From: Podarcis pityusensis
Lineage: Eukaryota
Strand: one strand, 5' to 3'
Assembly: GCA_964106645.2 (NCBI GenBank)
Contig: OZ067041.1
Length of the DNA stretch: 64,000 nt
Positions 51,359 to 64,000 of this stretch are shown here, piece after piece. Both the position numbers and the translations under genes were made by a program. The notes below the pieces were generated by a model, which was not told the DNA's origin, made no database searches, and worked only from the letters and a program-made list of their open reading frames with translations. The first letter of the stretch is position 1; each line of letters begins with the position of its first letter.

Positions 51359-51702
51359 CAGGGGTGTAGGAAAGGGGGGCAGCGGGGGAGATCTGCCCTG
51401 GGTGTCATCCCTGAAGGGGGGTTGACAAACCCCCTGTTACGTACCTCAGGATCACACGTGCCGGCAGGCTGATGCTGCCTGCGGGTGGGGTGGGGAGTGT
51501 GCTCCCTCCGGACCCCACCCCCACTCCGCGATATCCCTACACCCCCCCCAGGCGCAATTGTCACCACGCTGGATGGCACCCCGGCATGATCGCGAACGCG
51601 CCAGATTGTGCCCCTGGTGTGATCATGGGTGCGATTCCCCCTGCCCCCGTGTGCACGGCATGTGCACCACCCTGGGTGTTGGAGCGGCTAGCTCCGCTGC
51701 TG
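51359..51702. mobile_element. hAT-type GC-rich MITE (344 bp)
   Basis: 8-bp TSD TCTGCATT (51351-51358 and 51703-51710). CAG...CTG termini. Shares GCCCYRGGTGYCATCCC and the TAGCTCCGC end with 20590-20840. Confidence 0.88.
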
Positions 51703-53058
51703 TCTGCATTGGCTGACTGTCAACAGAATTAACCCTTAGGTTACTAACTAGTCCTTAGGTTACTAACCCTAAGTATTCCTCTGTTGCACCTCAAGCAGAA
51801 ACTGAGAGCCTGTTGGTTCCCATTAAGGATTTGGAATGGCATGTGAGAATGTGTTGCCTCTCCCCAGCAAGAATTACCCTGCTTGCCTTAACCATGGCTA
51901 AGGCTTACATCCAATTAGAAACTAGGGTTTGAAAAACAGGTTCAACTCCTGGTTAACAGCAAACACAGATCAATCATGGTTATTTGCTTTACACTTCCAC
52001 TGACCCAGAAAGAGAATGGAAAGATGAAATTCCAACTAAACAGGAAGAACTTTGTGACCGTAGCAGCTGTGTGACAGTGGAACAGACTCCCACGAGAGGT
52101 GGTGGACTCTCCTACCTTGGAGGTTCTGAAGCAGATGGTGAATTGCCTTCTCTCATGTATGATTTAATTGATTTAAAGGCTTCTTGCTTCTTTCATTTTG
52201 GGAATATCTTTTAAAAATTCATTTGTTTTTAAATACATATCTTAGTCTGAAAGAGCTGGTTTCTAATGAAGGTAAGAAAGATGCAACATTTAGATTCAAA
52301 GAGGGTTGACATTTTTTACATCAGCTCAATTTGAAAACATGTCCAAAATGAGTTACATAAAGAAGTCCTTAATCATATTGATAGAGCCTCCACAGCAAGG
52401 AGCATAGTTTATGTCAGGCAACAAGCCTGATAATATCTGGCTTTCAGTTTAAGCAAGATGCGGAGTCTTTATTGAAGTAAATTAAGCTCAAGAGTTGGCA
52501 GACACAACCTATCAAGGGTACTTCATAGGACTGTTGATTTAAACTAATAATAACTGTTATAGAGCTACACCTTAAGAACCGGCTAAGTTATTGTTACAGC
52601 ACATCTCATTTTTTTCAGCTTATTACAGTATTATTTAAATTCAAAGGAAATAGTAAAGAAGACACAATCACTTGCTACTCCAAAAACATATTTAACTGCT
52701 TTCCCCAACTATGCAGAAATTACTTACTTTTTCACACCTATGTATAAGAAAATTAGTGTCTGATCATCAAGCATCATAAGCATCCTCATCAGGCCATCCG
52801 CTGGATGTTTAAATACATACAAGAAAGAATATGCAATATTGCACAATGGAATACAATTGTATGAATCTTTCTATCATCTCAGTAAAGTGATTCAAGGTAC
52901 GACTCTTGGAACTAACATAAATGTTGTTGCCTTCATCATTTGTATGTCAGTGACTTAACAGGGCCACCGTTTAACAAGCATCATTTCCCCACCTGACTCC
53001 TCCATCCTTCCACTCATCAACAGGTGTGAAGTAAGACAACTTTTCACAAAGAACAGTA

Positions 53059-53286
53059 CAGTCATACCTTGGTTCTTAAATGCCTTGGCTCCCGAAGAAA
53101 TCGGCTCCCAAATGATCAAAACCTAGAAGTGAGTGTTCAGGTTTTCGAACGTTCTTTTGGAAGCCAAACGTCCAACGGGACTTATTTGGCTTCCGATTGG
53201 CTCTAGGAGCTTCCTGCAGCCAATCAGAAGCCACGCTTTGGTTTCTGAACATTTTGGAAGTCGAATGGACTTCCAAGGTACGACTG
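53059..53286. mobile_element. Tigger/pogo-type MITE, family C (228 bp)
   Basis: TA-flanked, TIRs CAGTC(A/G)TACCTTGG. Confidence 0.88.
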
Positions 53287-54144
53287 TATTCAGTATATTT
53301 TTTATAAAGAAGTGATAGATTTATATATCTATAGTGTACAGATAGCAATAAAGCAAAGTTCCTTGGATATTTCTACCGATGTACTTCAAGGATCATTTGT
53401 ATGCGCCAAACTGGTAGCTTGCCTTCTGTTACCTATTCCACATTCATTTTCCCTATGGAGATTACCAACCAGGTCACCAGTTAGCGCTAACTGTAACAGT
53501 GCTCTTTCTCTCTCTCTCTTTTTTTAACAGTCTGTACATTTGTCATCCTGGAATTAGAAAAGAGCAGCAAAGTGGATTTTTAAAGAGCAAACTGCCATTT
53601 GAGATTAGTATTGTTTGGTCACTATCAACCAGGATCAGTTTTGAACTGATGACCTAATGTTGAAAAGCTATTTTTCCTATTAATCAAAGAGTTTTCTCTG
53701 GTTCTGTTTCGGAGCTGGCTAGCCTGCAGGATGTACAACAATCTATGAAACTAAAGGTTAAAAACAAAATGGAGATTTGAGCAAATACCATTTATGAGAA
53801 GTATGTATAATCCTGTACACATTGCATTGTAATTGTATAATAATCAAAAATTCCCATAATTATCCACCTATTACTGCTCCCCATAGTTGTACTACTACCC
53901 AGTCTCTGCCATACATTCCACTAATAAAAGAAAATAAGGTATTACTCTCCAATATTTTTATGCAATGACAATAAAACATTATAATCAATAATAATTGACA
54001 ATCTTTTTCTTGTACTGCACTGCAAATGGAGTAGAGTATTATTTTTATTGTTTTAGCATTTTTTCCTTAAATAATATGATAGGGAAGATTACATTTTTGG
54101 AATCCTTCCCTTCCCTATCAATTATAAGTTAATTATAAGCTATA

Positions 54145-54386
54145 CAGTGGTACCTCGGGTTGCATACATTTCAGGTTACATACACTTCAGGTTACAGACT
54201 CCGCTAACCCCGAAATATTACCTCGGGTTAAGAACTTTGCTTCAGGATGAGAACAGAAATTGTGTGACGGCGGCGCGGCGGCAGTGGGAGGCCCCATTAG
54301 CTAAAGTGGTGCTTCAGGTTAAGAACAGTTTCAGGTTAAGAACAGACCTCCGGAACGAATTAAGTACTTAACCTGAGGTACCACTG
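54145..54386. mobile_element. Tigger/pogo-type MITE, family A (242 bp), inverted relative to 5611 and 50874
   Basis: TA-flanked; reverse complement of the family A copies. Confidence 0.93.
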
Positions 54387-54425
54387 TATATGACTTAAAG
54401 CGATACAACTTATTTTGCTTCACTA

Positions 54426-54753
54426 AGGTACCCCTGCCCGTACGGGCCAGTCTTGACAGACTCTAGGGTTGTGAGCTCATATCACTCTATAGGCCGGGAG
54501 CCAGCGCTGTCCGCAGACACTTCCGGGTCATGTGGCCAGCGTGACAAGCTGCATCTGGCGAGCCAGCGCAGCACACGGAACACCGTTTAACTTCCCGCTG
54601 GTAAGTGGTCCCTATTTATCTACTTGCACCCGGTGGTGCTTTCGAACTGCTAGGTTGGCAGGCGCTGGGACCGATCGACGGGAGCGCACCCCGCCGCGGG
54701 GATTCGAACCGCCAACCATGCGATCGGCAGGTCCTAGGTGCCACCCGCGTCCC
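54426..54753 (-). mobile_element. Sauria SINE, third subfamily, CpG-rich (young)
   Basis: 15-bp TSD TATTTTGCTTCACTA at 54411-54425 and 54754-54768. Head GGGACGCGGGTGGC with a short deletion just after it. Confidence 0.92.
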
Positions 54754-55617
54754 TATTTTGCTTCACTACAAGAACATATTTGGCTGTTATCCATTTTCAT
54801 GCATAGTTGTTGTTAGAGATGGACAAAACAAACATAATCTTGTACTTGTGCCTCACACACAAGTAGATCAGTGAGTCTATTCCTACAGTCTGCATATGCG
54901 GGCAGCCATCTTTCCCCCCACGAAATGTCCCTGGTGGTCATTAGTCATTTAACATCCAGTTTAATATAATTTTTGGAATGTAGATTCTTATTTCTATAAA
55001 TAGAAATTAGCAAGTGGCATAAGGCTCTCTTTACGTATTGCCATCAGCTATACTTCTCAGTGAGACTCAATAAAGTAAGCAGTGACTCCTTTCATAATTC
55101 CAGATAAAGTTTCTATCCCCTCCCCAAGCAAGTAGCATATAATTGGAGGGGGGTGTAATTGTGGGAGTGGGGGTGGCCCAGCCTTAATTTACACTGCTTT
55201 TGGGTTGTTGTTTTTTTAGAAAAATCCAATTTAGCAAGCACATTAAAGCAAACAATAATCTTTCTTTCCCTCTTGTTTACACAGAATGAACAATTTCATT
55301 TTTTCTGCTCATGTTAGCAAGGCCAAGGTATTATTATGATCCTCTAGTAGCTGTATAATATCTCGTGTCTGAGCTAAAAGCATACACAGGATGTTTAGAA
55401 TTCAACAAACATGTTATTTTTCTGTCTCCACTGAATAATCCATAAATCTATGTAAAAAGAAAACAAAGATCCAGGAAAACAAACCTTCATGGTACACTGC
55501 CATGGCTGTCACCAATTACTGCCATCATCCTTAGTATTTCAGGCCATCTTCACATGTCACAAATCTGTAACAATTCTGAGAGCTTGAGCATATGAGGATT
55601 CTGTGAAGGATGTTGTA

Positions 55618-55695
55618 CAGGGTGAGTCTTTTAAAAGAGACCTTGTGGAACATGTGTACTCTGTATCCACGGGGCCTCTTTTAGGACTCACCCTG
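55618..55695. mobile_element. 78-bp Tc1/mariner-type mini-MITE
   Basis: TA-flanked. ~30-bp TIRs CAGGGTGAGTC(T/C)T..AAAAGAG(A/G)CC..GTGGA with a very short spacer. Confidence 0.85.
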
Positions 55696-55987
55696 TATAA
55701 TTCTACGCATATGAAATCTTAAATGTAAACTATTTATTTCTTCTTGAATAGTAGATTATGCCGGAGAGGATAAATAGGTTTGGTATTCTATCTTTTATTT
55801 CATTTTAGAGAAATCACTGATATAGTGTATATGTAATTACCATTTTGCATAGCGGTTACATTCCTGATCTCTGTGTGCGTCAGTGGAGCACACCGAAGCC
55901 CACCCCATCCCACTCCCAGTTCTGGCCACTTCTGGGTTGTGGCAATCTGTATGTGCACAGTCACACACATACTGAATGCACATACAA

Positions 55988-55989
<2 letters not shown>

Positions 55990-56025
<36 letters not shown>

Positions 56026-56558
56026 TTATTTATACCCCGCCCACTGGCTGGGTTTCCCCAGCCACTCTGGGTGGCTTTCAACCGAATATTAAAAACAATA
56101 CAGCATCAGACATTAAAAACTTCCCTAAACAGGGCCGCCTTCAGTTGTCTTTTAAAAGTAAAATAGTTGTTTATTGCCTTGACATCTGCTGGGAGGGCAT
56201 TCCACAGGGCAGGCGCCACTATCGAGAAGGCCCTCTGTCTGGTTCCCTGTAACGTGGCTTCTCGCAGTGAGGGAACCGCCAGAAGGCCCTCGGCGCTGGA
56301 CCTCAGTGGATGATGATGGGGGTGGAGACGCTCCTTCAGGTATACAGGACTGAGGCCGTTTAGGGCCTTAAAGGTCAGCACAAACACTTTGAATTGTACT
56401 CGGAAACGTACTGGGAGCCAATGCAGATCTCTCGGGACCGGTGTTATATGGTCTCGGAGGCCGCTCCCAGTCACCAGTCTAGCTGCTGCATTCTGGATTA
56501 ACTGCAGTTTCCAAGTCACCTTCAAAGGTAGCTCCATGTAGAGCGCATTGCAGTAGTC
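55990..56558 (-). mobile_element. L2 LINE 3' fragment with (ATG)n tail
   Basis: ORF2 C-terminus DYCNALY...LQLIQNAAARLVTG...DHITPV...LHWLPV...WNALP; (CAT)n at 55990-56024. Confidence 0.94.
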
Positions 56559-59500
56559 CAATTGTTGTTTCCTGTATATGCATGTGTAATGCAGTCATGA
56601 TAACTGAAGCACGAGCTGAAAGATTTTAACCAAATTCAGTGTATACTGTGCAGGGCTTTTGCAGTACCAGTGTTGGGCTAGAAATTATTATTTGTTTATT
56701 ATTTTGGAATTTTGTCACATATCTATTCAACAAACTGCCTGACTGAGGTGAAATTTCAAACACAAGAGCTTAACTTCCGTACTGTGTTGTGACATAAAAA
56801 TACGTATATGAATATTATGTACTTGAAAACGCTCAATATGACCCCTGTTACAGTGAGAGGCCTTGCAGTGTCCGGTCTCTGCAGCACTGTGTTCTGTGCA
56901 CAGCCAGGCTTCCTGGTCCAAGTTGAATGTTCTATTGACAGCATAGCACTGAATTACATGTATTGGTTGACTGATATAGTCAAAAGCCTGATAACTGTAA
57001 ATGCAAAACATTGCAAAACTTGCACTACAATCTTTGTATTGCTATGCAGGAGCTTACTTTAAAAAGAAAAAAATCACTGTTTCCATGTCTTAAAACAGGT
57101 GTTTTTTTTGGTATTCATTTTCCTCCAGAACCAATTTAGAAATTCCATGCTTAAAAGAGGTAAGCAGTGAGCAGTATCAGGGAAGGAAGAAGGGAGGAAG
57201 GTGCTGACAAAAAGGAAACTGATAGACATTTTTATAGTTCGGATTTCCATTTTCACTCATATAAAAAAGGCAGAATATTAAGGAAATCCATCGATTTCTA
57301 TCAGTCCTCAGTCTTATTTTCATGAATTCATATCTCTCATTTTAAAATTAATCCAGTTCTTGATATGAATTAAATGCACCAAATAGAGAAAAACTATACA
57401 AAAGGAATGAAAAATGTCACTGCTGGTTCCAATCTCTTCTCTGTATTCAAACAATTACCATGTATTATCAACCTCCCAACAGAAGAGCAAACTAATATGT
57501 GATATTGTTTTGCTATCCTATACCCAGGAGAAGTAAAAGTGAATACTGTGAGAAACACATAAAATATATTATTTTAAATATAATACATTTTAGATATCTT
57601 CTCTCTTTAATAAGAAAGCCTGTGGGGGAAATTTCCCAATGTATTGGGGTATTAGAATTAAAGAAAGGGGATTAAATACATAAAGTTTGCAGAGAGTAAA
57701 TCAATTAAATGATTTTTGTTTATTATGATTTTAAATGCTACTAAATGAAGGAATGTACAGGATATGCTTTATATCCTGCCTTTATTAGCACTGTAGGTAT
57801 AATTTAAAAGTTTACAGTATTTTACTGGGAAGCCTTCAGCACTTTAAGAAAATGAAGTTTCTAAAATATGTGCAGTCCTCTACTACCTGCTTCAGATGGT
57901 CATTGTCCAGTTTGTGTAGAGTAACAAGAACAACAATGAGGACTGGAAGTGGATCTAACATGTTCATCCATAAAGCACTCCCTCACACATACTTACTTAA
58001 CACAGAAACAGAGCACCTGCAGAGATATTCTAGTGAAAAAGTTCCATGTCTTCAGTGATGGTTTGTTACTCTAACTTTGCATTATAACTTTCTTTTTCTT
58101 TTTCAAAATCACTGTATTAATATTCATCAGTTCAGAGAAACCACTATTATCATCTTACTATGGTTTTTTGCGTTAAGCATATTATGTGTATGTGTGTGTT
58201 GTGACAAAGTGTCATTGAAAAACCTAAGTAATTCATTTAATCATGTTTTCACATTGGATAATTTTATCTCTACTCCTAAATTTTACAAGTGTTTGTGTAA
58301 TCCCTATATTTGCATATTTATTGACATTTGCAAGATAGGAAAGATGTATGAACTGAGCAACCATGCTTACAAGTAAAATATCAGCTTTGGATATGAGCAG
58401 CCCAGATACCTTGTTTATTAGAACACCATCTCATATTACTCCCTTAGGAGTATTCTGTACTCTGTGTACACCAATTATCCGAAGTTTCAAGGGAAAGCAG
58501 GGTAAATAATAAATGATACTGTAAGGACATTGCTGTTGAGTTTACCATACTCTAGGGGAACGTAATATAAAAATTAAATCTCCTAATTCTGCCACTATAA
58601 TAGGAAACATTAACATCAAATGTCACTTAACTGCATTTATGAAGGTTAGTTAATAAGCATCGTGGGTACCTTAAGACTGAATTTATTTAATTTTTGTGGA
58701 ATCTTATTCAACCAGAGGATTATTAGCACAAGATATATTTTTCTTTCTACATAGGATGCTTCTAAAATATCCTCATCCAAATTCCTCCTGCCGTTTGGAG
58801 TTCTGAAGCACCTGCTCTTGTTTGAGAACTGGAACCGATTAATTAGAAATCCTCCATTCACCCCCCCCCCCCCACCTTCACAATTTTGTAGATTCAGACT
58901 GTACATACATAGCTTGCCTCAGCTTTGAGTTATGCTCTGGAAACAAACAAACAAAATTACATGTAATGCTTCCATGATACCTAAAATAGACACTTCTTCC
59001 AACTACAATGATATCTTACACCCATTTCAAGCCCATATAGATCTGGTCTCTGAAACAATGAATCAGCTTCGCTCCACAAAGAGGGATGAAAAGATTTCTC
59101 CTTATCCATTCCTTTTCTGATCCTCTTGTTTACTCTGTGCTGCATTCTATTCTTCCTGAATGGCAATTAAACCAGGAGAGTTTGTAAAATTAATTCTGCA
59201 CAGAGTTCTTCAGCTTTCCCACCTCTCCCAGAGACTTATGTGCACATTGATGAAGAACTGACAAAATGCCTGGAGTATGGAAGATGCAATCTTGATGTAA
59301 TCATAAACATAACTGCATCAAAATTAGTTTTGTTCGGCATTTACTGATAGGCAGATTGGTTAAACACTACCCAAAATGGCAACTTTGTGTTCCAGAACAC
59401 CAGGCTGGTCGTTGGGTGGTGTTTTGTCACTGCACACATATGCTATTAGTAAAGCACTGAACAAAAGGAATCCATTTAATTGTGCATACAGTTCTATCAA

Positions 59501-59781
59501 GATCACTTTTTTTGCACGTTTTATCAATACAAACATTGTTAACATAAAGGATAATATGCAAAATTTGCACAATCAGTTTCCTTGGTTAATCAAAGGGGAA
59601 GGACATCTATATATGTTGAAAGTATGTTAGCAGCTTGAATGTACTTATTAAAAATTATTAGCTTATATTGACTTCATACTGTCAATACTACTAGGGGTGA
59701 ATAAGACACTCACATTATGAAAGATAGAGTTTATTTAGCGGAAAATCAATTTAGAGGATGGCTGGCTGTATGCTTTAATTC

Positions 59782-59855
59782 AGATTCCTGCGTGGCAGGG
59801 GGTTGGACTAGATGCTCCGTGGGTTCCCTACCAACTCTACAATTCTATGATTCTA
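59782..59855 (+). mobile_element. CR1-type 3' end fragment
   Basis: GATTCCTGC...GGGGGTTGGACTAGATG...CCAACTCTACAATTCTATGATTCTA. Confidence 0.8.
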
Positions 59856-61824
59856 TTACTGGACTTTTCAGTTTTGCCTAAGTATCATATCACATATTTG
59901 TTTGATACATTGTCAGGGAGACTTTTATTACCACTTCTATTGCACCATGTTTCCCAGGTCCCTGAGATGAGATTAAGCACGGCAGATAAAGATGGTACAA
60001 ATCTATTTTTGTAGCTATTAAAAGCCCATTGGAATATCTAGAGCACAGAATGTCTTGATCAAAAGGAAGCTTTGGAAGCATTCATTGTGCTGCTGCTCAT
60101 GGGGGTGGAAGGGGAAAATTTAGCTGTTCCCCATCTTGCTAATCCAGGAATCTAGACACAAATAGGAAGATTTAAAGGCTAGGCAGCAGAATATAAAGGG
60201 CAATGCTAAATGGCTAGATTATGAAAGGTGCAAGGGACAAAAAAGTAAGTTTTGATTTCTTATTTTAAGGTAAAAGATACAGATATGAATGTTATACTAG
60301 GTTTCCTGTATGCCCATTTAGAAGCTAGACTTTGGTAGAAGAGTATAGAGTTCTATAACAAGCTCCAAAGAGACGTTCATCTCACTCTCACTGTCACCAC
60401 TCTGATTATGAAGCAAAGTGTAGGGTAAACCCATGACCAAAACTGGACAGATTTAAACTAGACTGGGATTGAAAATATTTGCATTTCAAATAGCAAATTT
60501 AAATGGCAGTGCTTTAGAATTTTGATGGCTGCAGGACTGCACTTACCTTAACACTACAAGGTGACTGAGGCTACTGCATGTATTCCAGGTAACAAATTTC
60601 AGGTCAGTCACAAACACACAACTCTGATTCATCTTGTCATTTATCTGTCAGACTTTGAAACTGTGGGTGAATGTTGTGTTTAATAGCCTCTGTGTAGTTC
60701 TGCAGTACTTGTGATGTTTAACATGCTAACATTTATTAGCTGCCAACAACCTTTAATTATAATAGCCACTGAAATATCTCTCAATTAAGTCACATCATTT
60801 AATAGCAGTTCAGAAAATGCTCCTGCCATAGAAAAAGGGGAAATTTAATTCTTGATCTACAGCTTTTCTGTTTCCTTTACAAAAGTGTGTAAACTTCTGT
60901 GACATTTAATGCAGCACATTTAGGCAACATAATATGTAATAAATGGAAAGTGATCTTTTAAAGCTCTTACAAGTTAAATACAACTGTATCTAGCTGGAGT
61001 CATATTGTTACAAGTCATCACACTTTATCTTTCCCATTTACAGTTATGACTACTGTTTCTTTAGTGAGAAAGCAATATTCCTCTGCCCTAATAGTGTAAT
61101 TTATTATCAGCCAAGAAGATTTCAAGGCAATCTGAATTTTATTACGCTTTCAATATATTTACATTAAAGATGCCTTGATAGTATATTGCTGCAGACAAGT
61201 AGCAACGTATTATCATCAGGGGGAGGGGGTATAATTTCCCTTCAGCAAAGATATGTTAGTGTTCCATACATAATACTGAATTTAGCTATATACCTAAGAA
61301 CATTATGTCAAAACCATTCTATCTAAAGGTGTCTTAGAAGAAAGTGAAGGTGCACAAAATTCAACATTTCAGCTAGATAAATTGAAAATAAATGTAAATG
61401 CTGAAGGATCATTGCTGACCCATTAATATAAAAGGACATTTATAGCAATCCCTTCTTCTCCTTTTAATCTGGCTGTCATAGAGATGCATGAAAATGAATT
61501 TAATACAACTAGGACTTCCTTGATCATTTTACTCAGGCTGCGTGCCCTGTAATTATATGAAACATTTCTCTCCTAAAGACTACCAGATGTGCACTTGATT
61601 TATTGTTGCACTCCTTCATAGAAATATAAGATGGCCATGCTGAATCACGCACCAGATCCTTCCAGCCAAGTAGCCTATTTTCTGACAGTAATCCTCCTCT
61701 AGAAACCTCAGAAGAATGGAATGTGGAAACCATTTCCCACAGCTTCTGACATTCAGAAGCATGCCAGCTCTAAATATGAAGAATTCCGTTTGCTGTAGAG
61801 GTTATTGTTGCAGGTTGAGGCTGC

Positions 61825-62010
61825 TACAACAGTTAGAGAATCAGTGGGATACGGGTTCATATCTCTACCCAGCGAGAACCTGAATGGGTGACCTTGAGGC
61901 AGTTACTATCTGGTAGTCTAACAAACCTAACAAGGATAAGATGGGTGGGAGATCACTCATGTATGCCACCCAGAATTCCTTGGATAAAGGGCGGAATTAA
62001 AAAATAATAA
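61825..62010 (+). mobile_element. Old CORE/MIR-like SINE
   Basis: GGGTTCATATCTC (B-box-like), GGGTGACCTTG core, AT-rich tail. Confidence 0.55.
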
Positions 62011-62396
62011 TTGATAGTTTAAAAAATGTTAATAGAAAAACAAATGTTTAAAGTTTATCTAAAGCAACTTTTATATCTTCTCCCAGCTGCTTGGGAAAGG
62101 ACTGCAAGAATGTTTAAATAACTCAGGCACACAGGCAAGGTCCCATTCCATCAGTTTTTCTCATGGAATCGGCACTTCCAATTCTATGGGAAAAGAACGA
62201 TGTAATTAGTCCCTGCAGGAGCTGTTTGTGAATATATAGAATCCATGCAGCTGGAGAACATCTAAAGGGTACCTAAAGTGTACATACATTTAGAAATCCA
62301 ACAACAGTAGTAGGCTTGTTGAACAAGTAGCATTTCAGTATTCACAAATGCTAACCAGCACAAATTGGTAGAAGCCACTGAATGTTTCTCTTCCAG

Positions 62397-62451
62397 ACTC
62401 GACAAGAAAGAGTTCAAAGGCGTCAGATAAACCTGTACTTGGACGTTGCAG
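62397..62451 (+). other. Possible 55-nt exon
   Basis: TGTTTCTCTTCCAG|ACT...GCAG|GTGACT with three CpGs. Two frames open (TRQERVQRRQINLYLDVA or STRKSSKASDKPVLGRC). Not recognised. Confidence 0.3.
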
Positions 62452-62597
62452 GTGACTGCTGGCAAAGGATTTATGACTATGTCTAAAAGACCAAAGGTTA
62501 AATGACCAGTTCTTTGATCTTTCTGAAAATGTGTGTATTTGTATTTTGGGGGAAGAGAGGAGTGATCAGACTTGTATCTACCACCCAAATCAGCATA

Positions 62598-62762
62598 CCG
62601 TATTTTTTCGCCTATAAGAGACCCCATGTATAAGACACCCCCTATTTTGGGGGAGTCAGATTTAAGAAAATGGGGGAGATGGCCCAGTGTATAAGATGCC
62701 CCCTAATTTTTGACATTATTTTTTTAGGAAAAAAGCCTAGTCTTATACAGGGAAAAATACGG
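62598..62762. mobile_element. CCGTA-type Tc1/mariner-superfamily MITE (165 bp)
   Basis: TA-flanked, TIRs CCGTATTTTT...TATAAGA, internal TATAAGA repeats. Confidence 0.88.
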
Positions 62763-62935
62763 TATATAATGAATATCTACTTGAAGATATAGTTCAATGC
62801 GTACAATCTGGGATTCAGAACAACAAAAACCACCATCACTGGATGTTCTTCATCTCCATGTTGAACAGCACAGGAGCAAGGAGCAAGACCCATGGTTGTA
62901 TGCTTCTCCTTCAACATCTGCCCATACACCACAGG

Positions 62936-63033
62936 TGTCTGTAGCAAGGGGCCTTTGCACATCTCGTTGCATGCACAAAGACGTCCTGTATACAGCTTCC
63001 TATATCTGTGCAAAGGCTCCTTTGCTTCAGACA
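62936..63033. repeat. 98-nt inverted repeat
   Basis: Arms TGTCTGTAGCAAGGGGCCTTTGCACA and reverse complement TGTCTGAAGCAAAGGAGCCTTTGCACA; 45-nt loop. Confidence 0.8.
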
Positions 63034-64000
63034 ACCATGCCATGAAAAACATATGCCATACCAGGCACGCCCAGGGTCATGAGTGGGGCTGCTCGGCTAT
63101 TCAAGACAGGAGTGAATAACAACAGAACTGGGCCAAATAGACTGAATAAGCAGAGAATCAAATTCTAACTCCTGCATGCCCTCGACAAAACACATTCTCC
63201 CCAGGCTTAAGTTGTGATGATAAAAACCCGGCATGGATCTATATTTCTTAAGTTACATAAATGATTTAAACATAATCATTAAAATTTGACACGATATAAC
63301 ATCACAATAAACTTTTCACATACATCTCGACCAGGAATAAATCACAACTATTAATTGCTTTGAAAAGAAAGAAAGATTGAATATATTGGGAGAACTCATT
63401 TTTCACATTCTTTTTTTAAAAAAACAACAACACACAGATCACTTCACCACCATATCAGTAGTTTATCTCATTGGATGTTACTGTTGTACAAACACCTGAG
63501 CAAACAAGATTTAGGACACCGAAGGAAAAGTAAAACTGGTGAAACTGCAGCAGCATAGTCAGCACAGGGTTTGAAGCAGTGCCAGAACAATTTGCCACAG
63601 CCCTTCCTCTCATTTTGCGCAGAACAATCCAAAATAACAGAGAGCAGAAAGGTTCAGAGAAAGGAGTTTATGCATATTTATTTTATTTTATTTTACTTGC
63701 CTACTCCCTCCTTTTGTGTCTCCATTGTTCCAGTCTTTATCAGATAGCAAACTTGCAGTACTTCGCCATTTCCTGCCATAAGCTCCTTATTTAATTGCTC
63801 AGTACCAACATAAATAAACAGTTAGCAATCTTCTCAAATAATAAAATAATTATAGAAATAAGATTGTAATTGCTATTTTAATTTAAATCTTGAAAGAGAG
63901 AGATGAAGAAGGAGAGGTTTAAATAGTACCAGAACATTTTTAAAGATGAAAATATTCCTATGATATACGTATGTCAGAACAAACAGCAGATCTTCATAGG

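Noticed and set aside
51735-51768. Short tandem duplication CCTTAGGTTACTAAC x2
   Set aside because: Local slippage or repair duplication with no wider structure.
57885-58850. Several weak minus-strand exon candidates (LHKLDNDHLKQ; LKQEQVLQNSKRQEEFG*)
   Set aside because: Weak donor or acceptor and no recognised homology; indistinguishable from chance.

Overview
AT-rich, CpG-depleted squamate DNA, most likely a lacertid lizard (inferred from the Sauria SINE, BovB, CR1 and L2 content). It reads as a long intron or intergenic stretch. The only long real ORF is an uninterrupted 567-aa pogo/Tigger (DD36D) transposase inside a complete 3,129-bp element (29571-32699) with TIRs and a TA duplication. 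Its leader holds a 147-bp-period G-quadruplex-rich tandem array and repeated splice-signal cassettes. The window also carries ten TA-flanked Tc1/mariner-superfamily MITEs, two hAT MITEs with 8-bp TSDs, six Sauria SINEs, other tRNA SINEs, CR1/L2/BovB/RTE/L1 fragments and several solo-LTR-like elements. Two of those LTRs share an unexpected layout: ATG at base 5, then an acidic reading frame ending in a basic RRSxRL-type motif. One credible host-gene exon lies on the minus strand (49430-49503); I could not identify the gene. Family names come from recognising motifs by eye, not from database searches.
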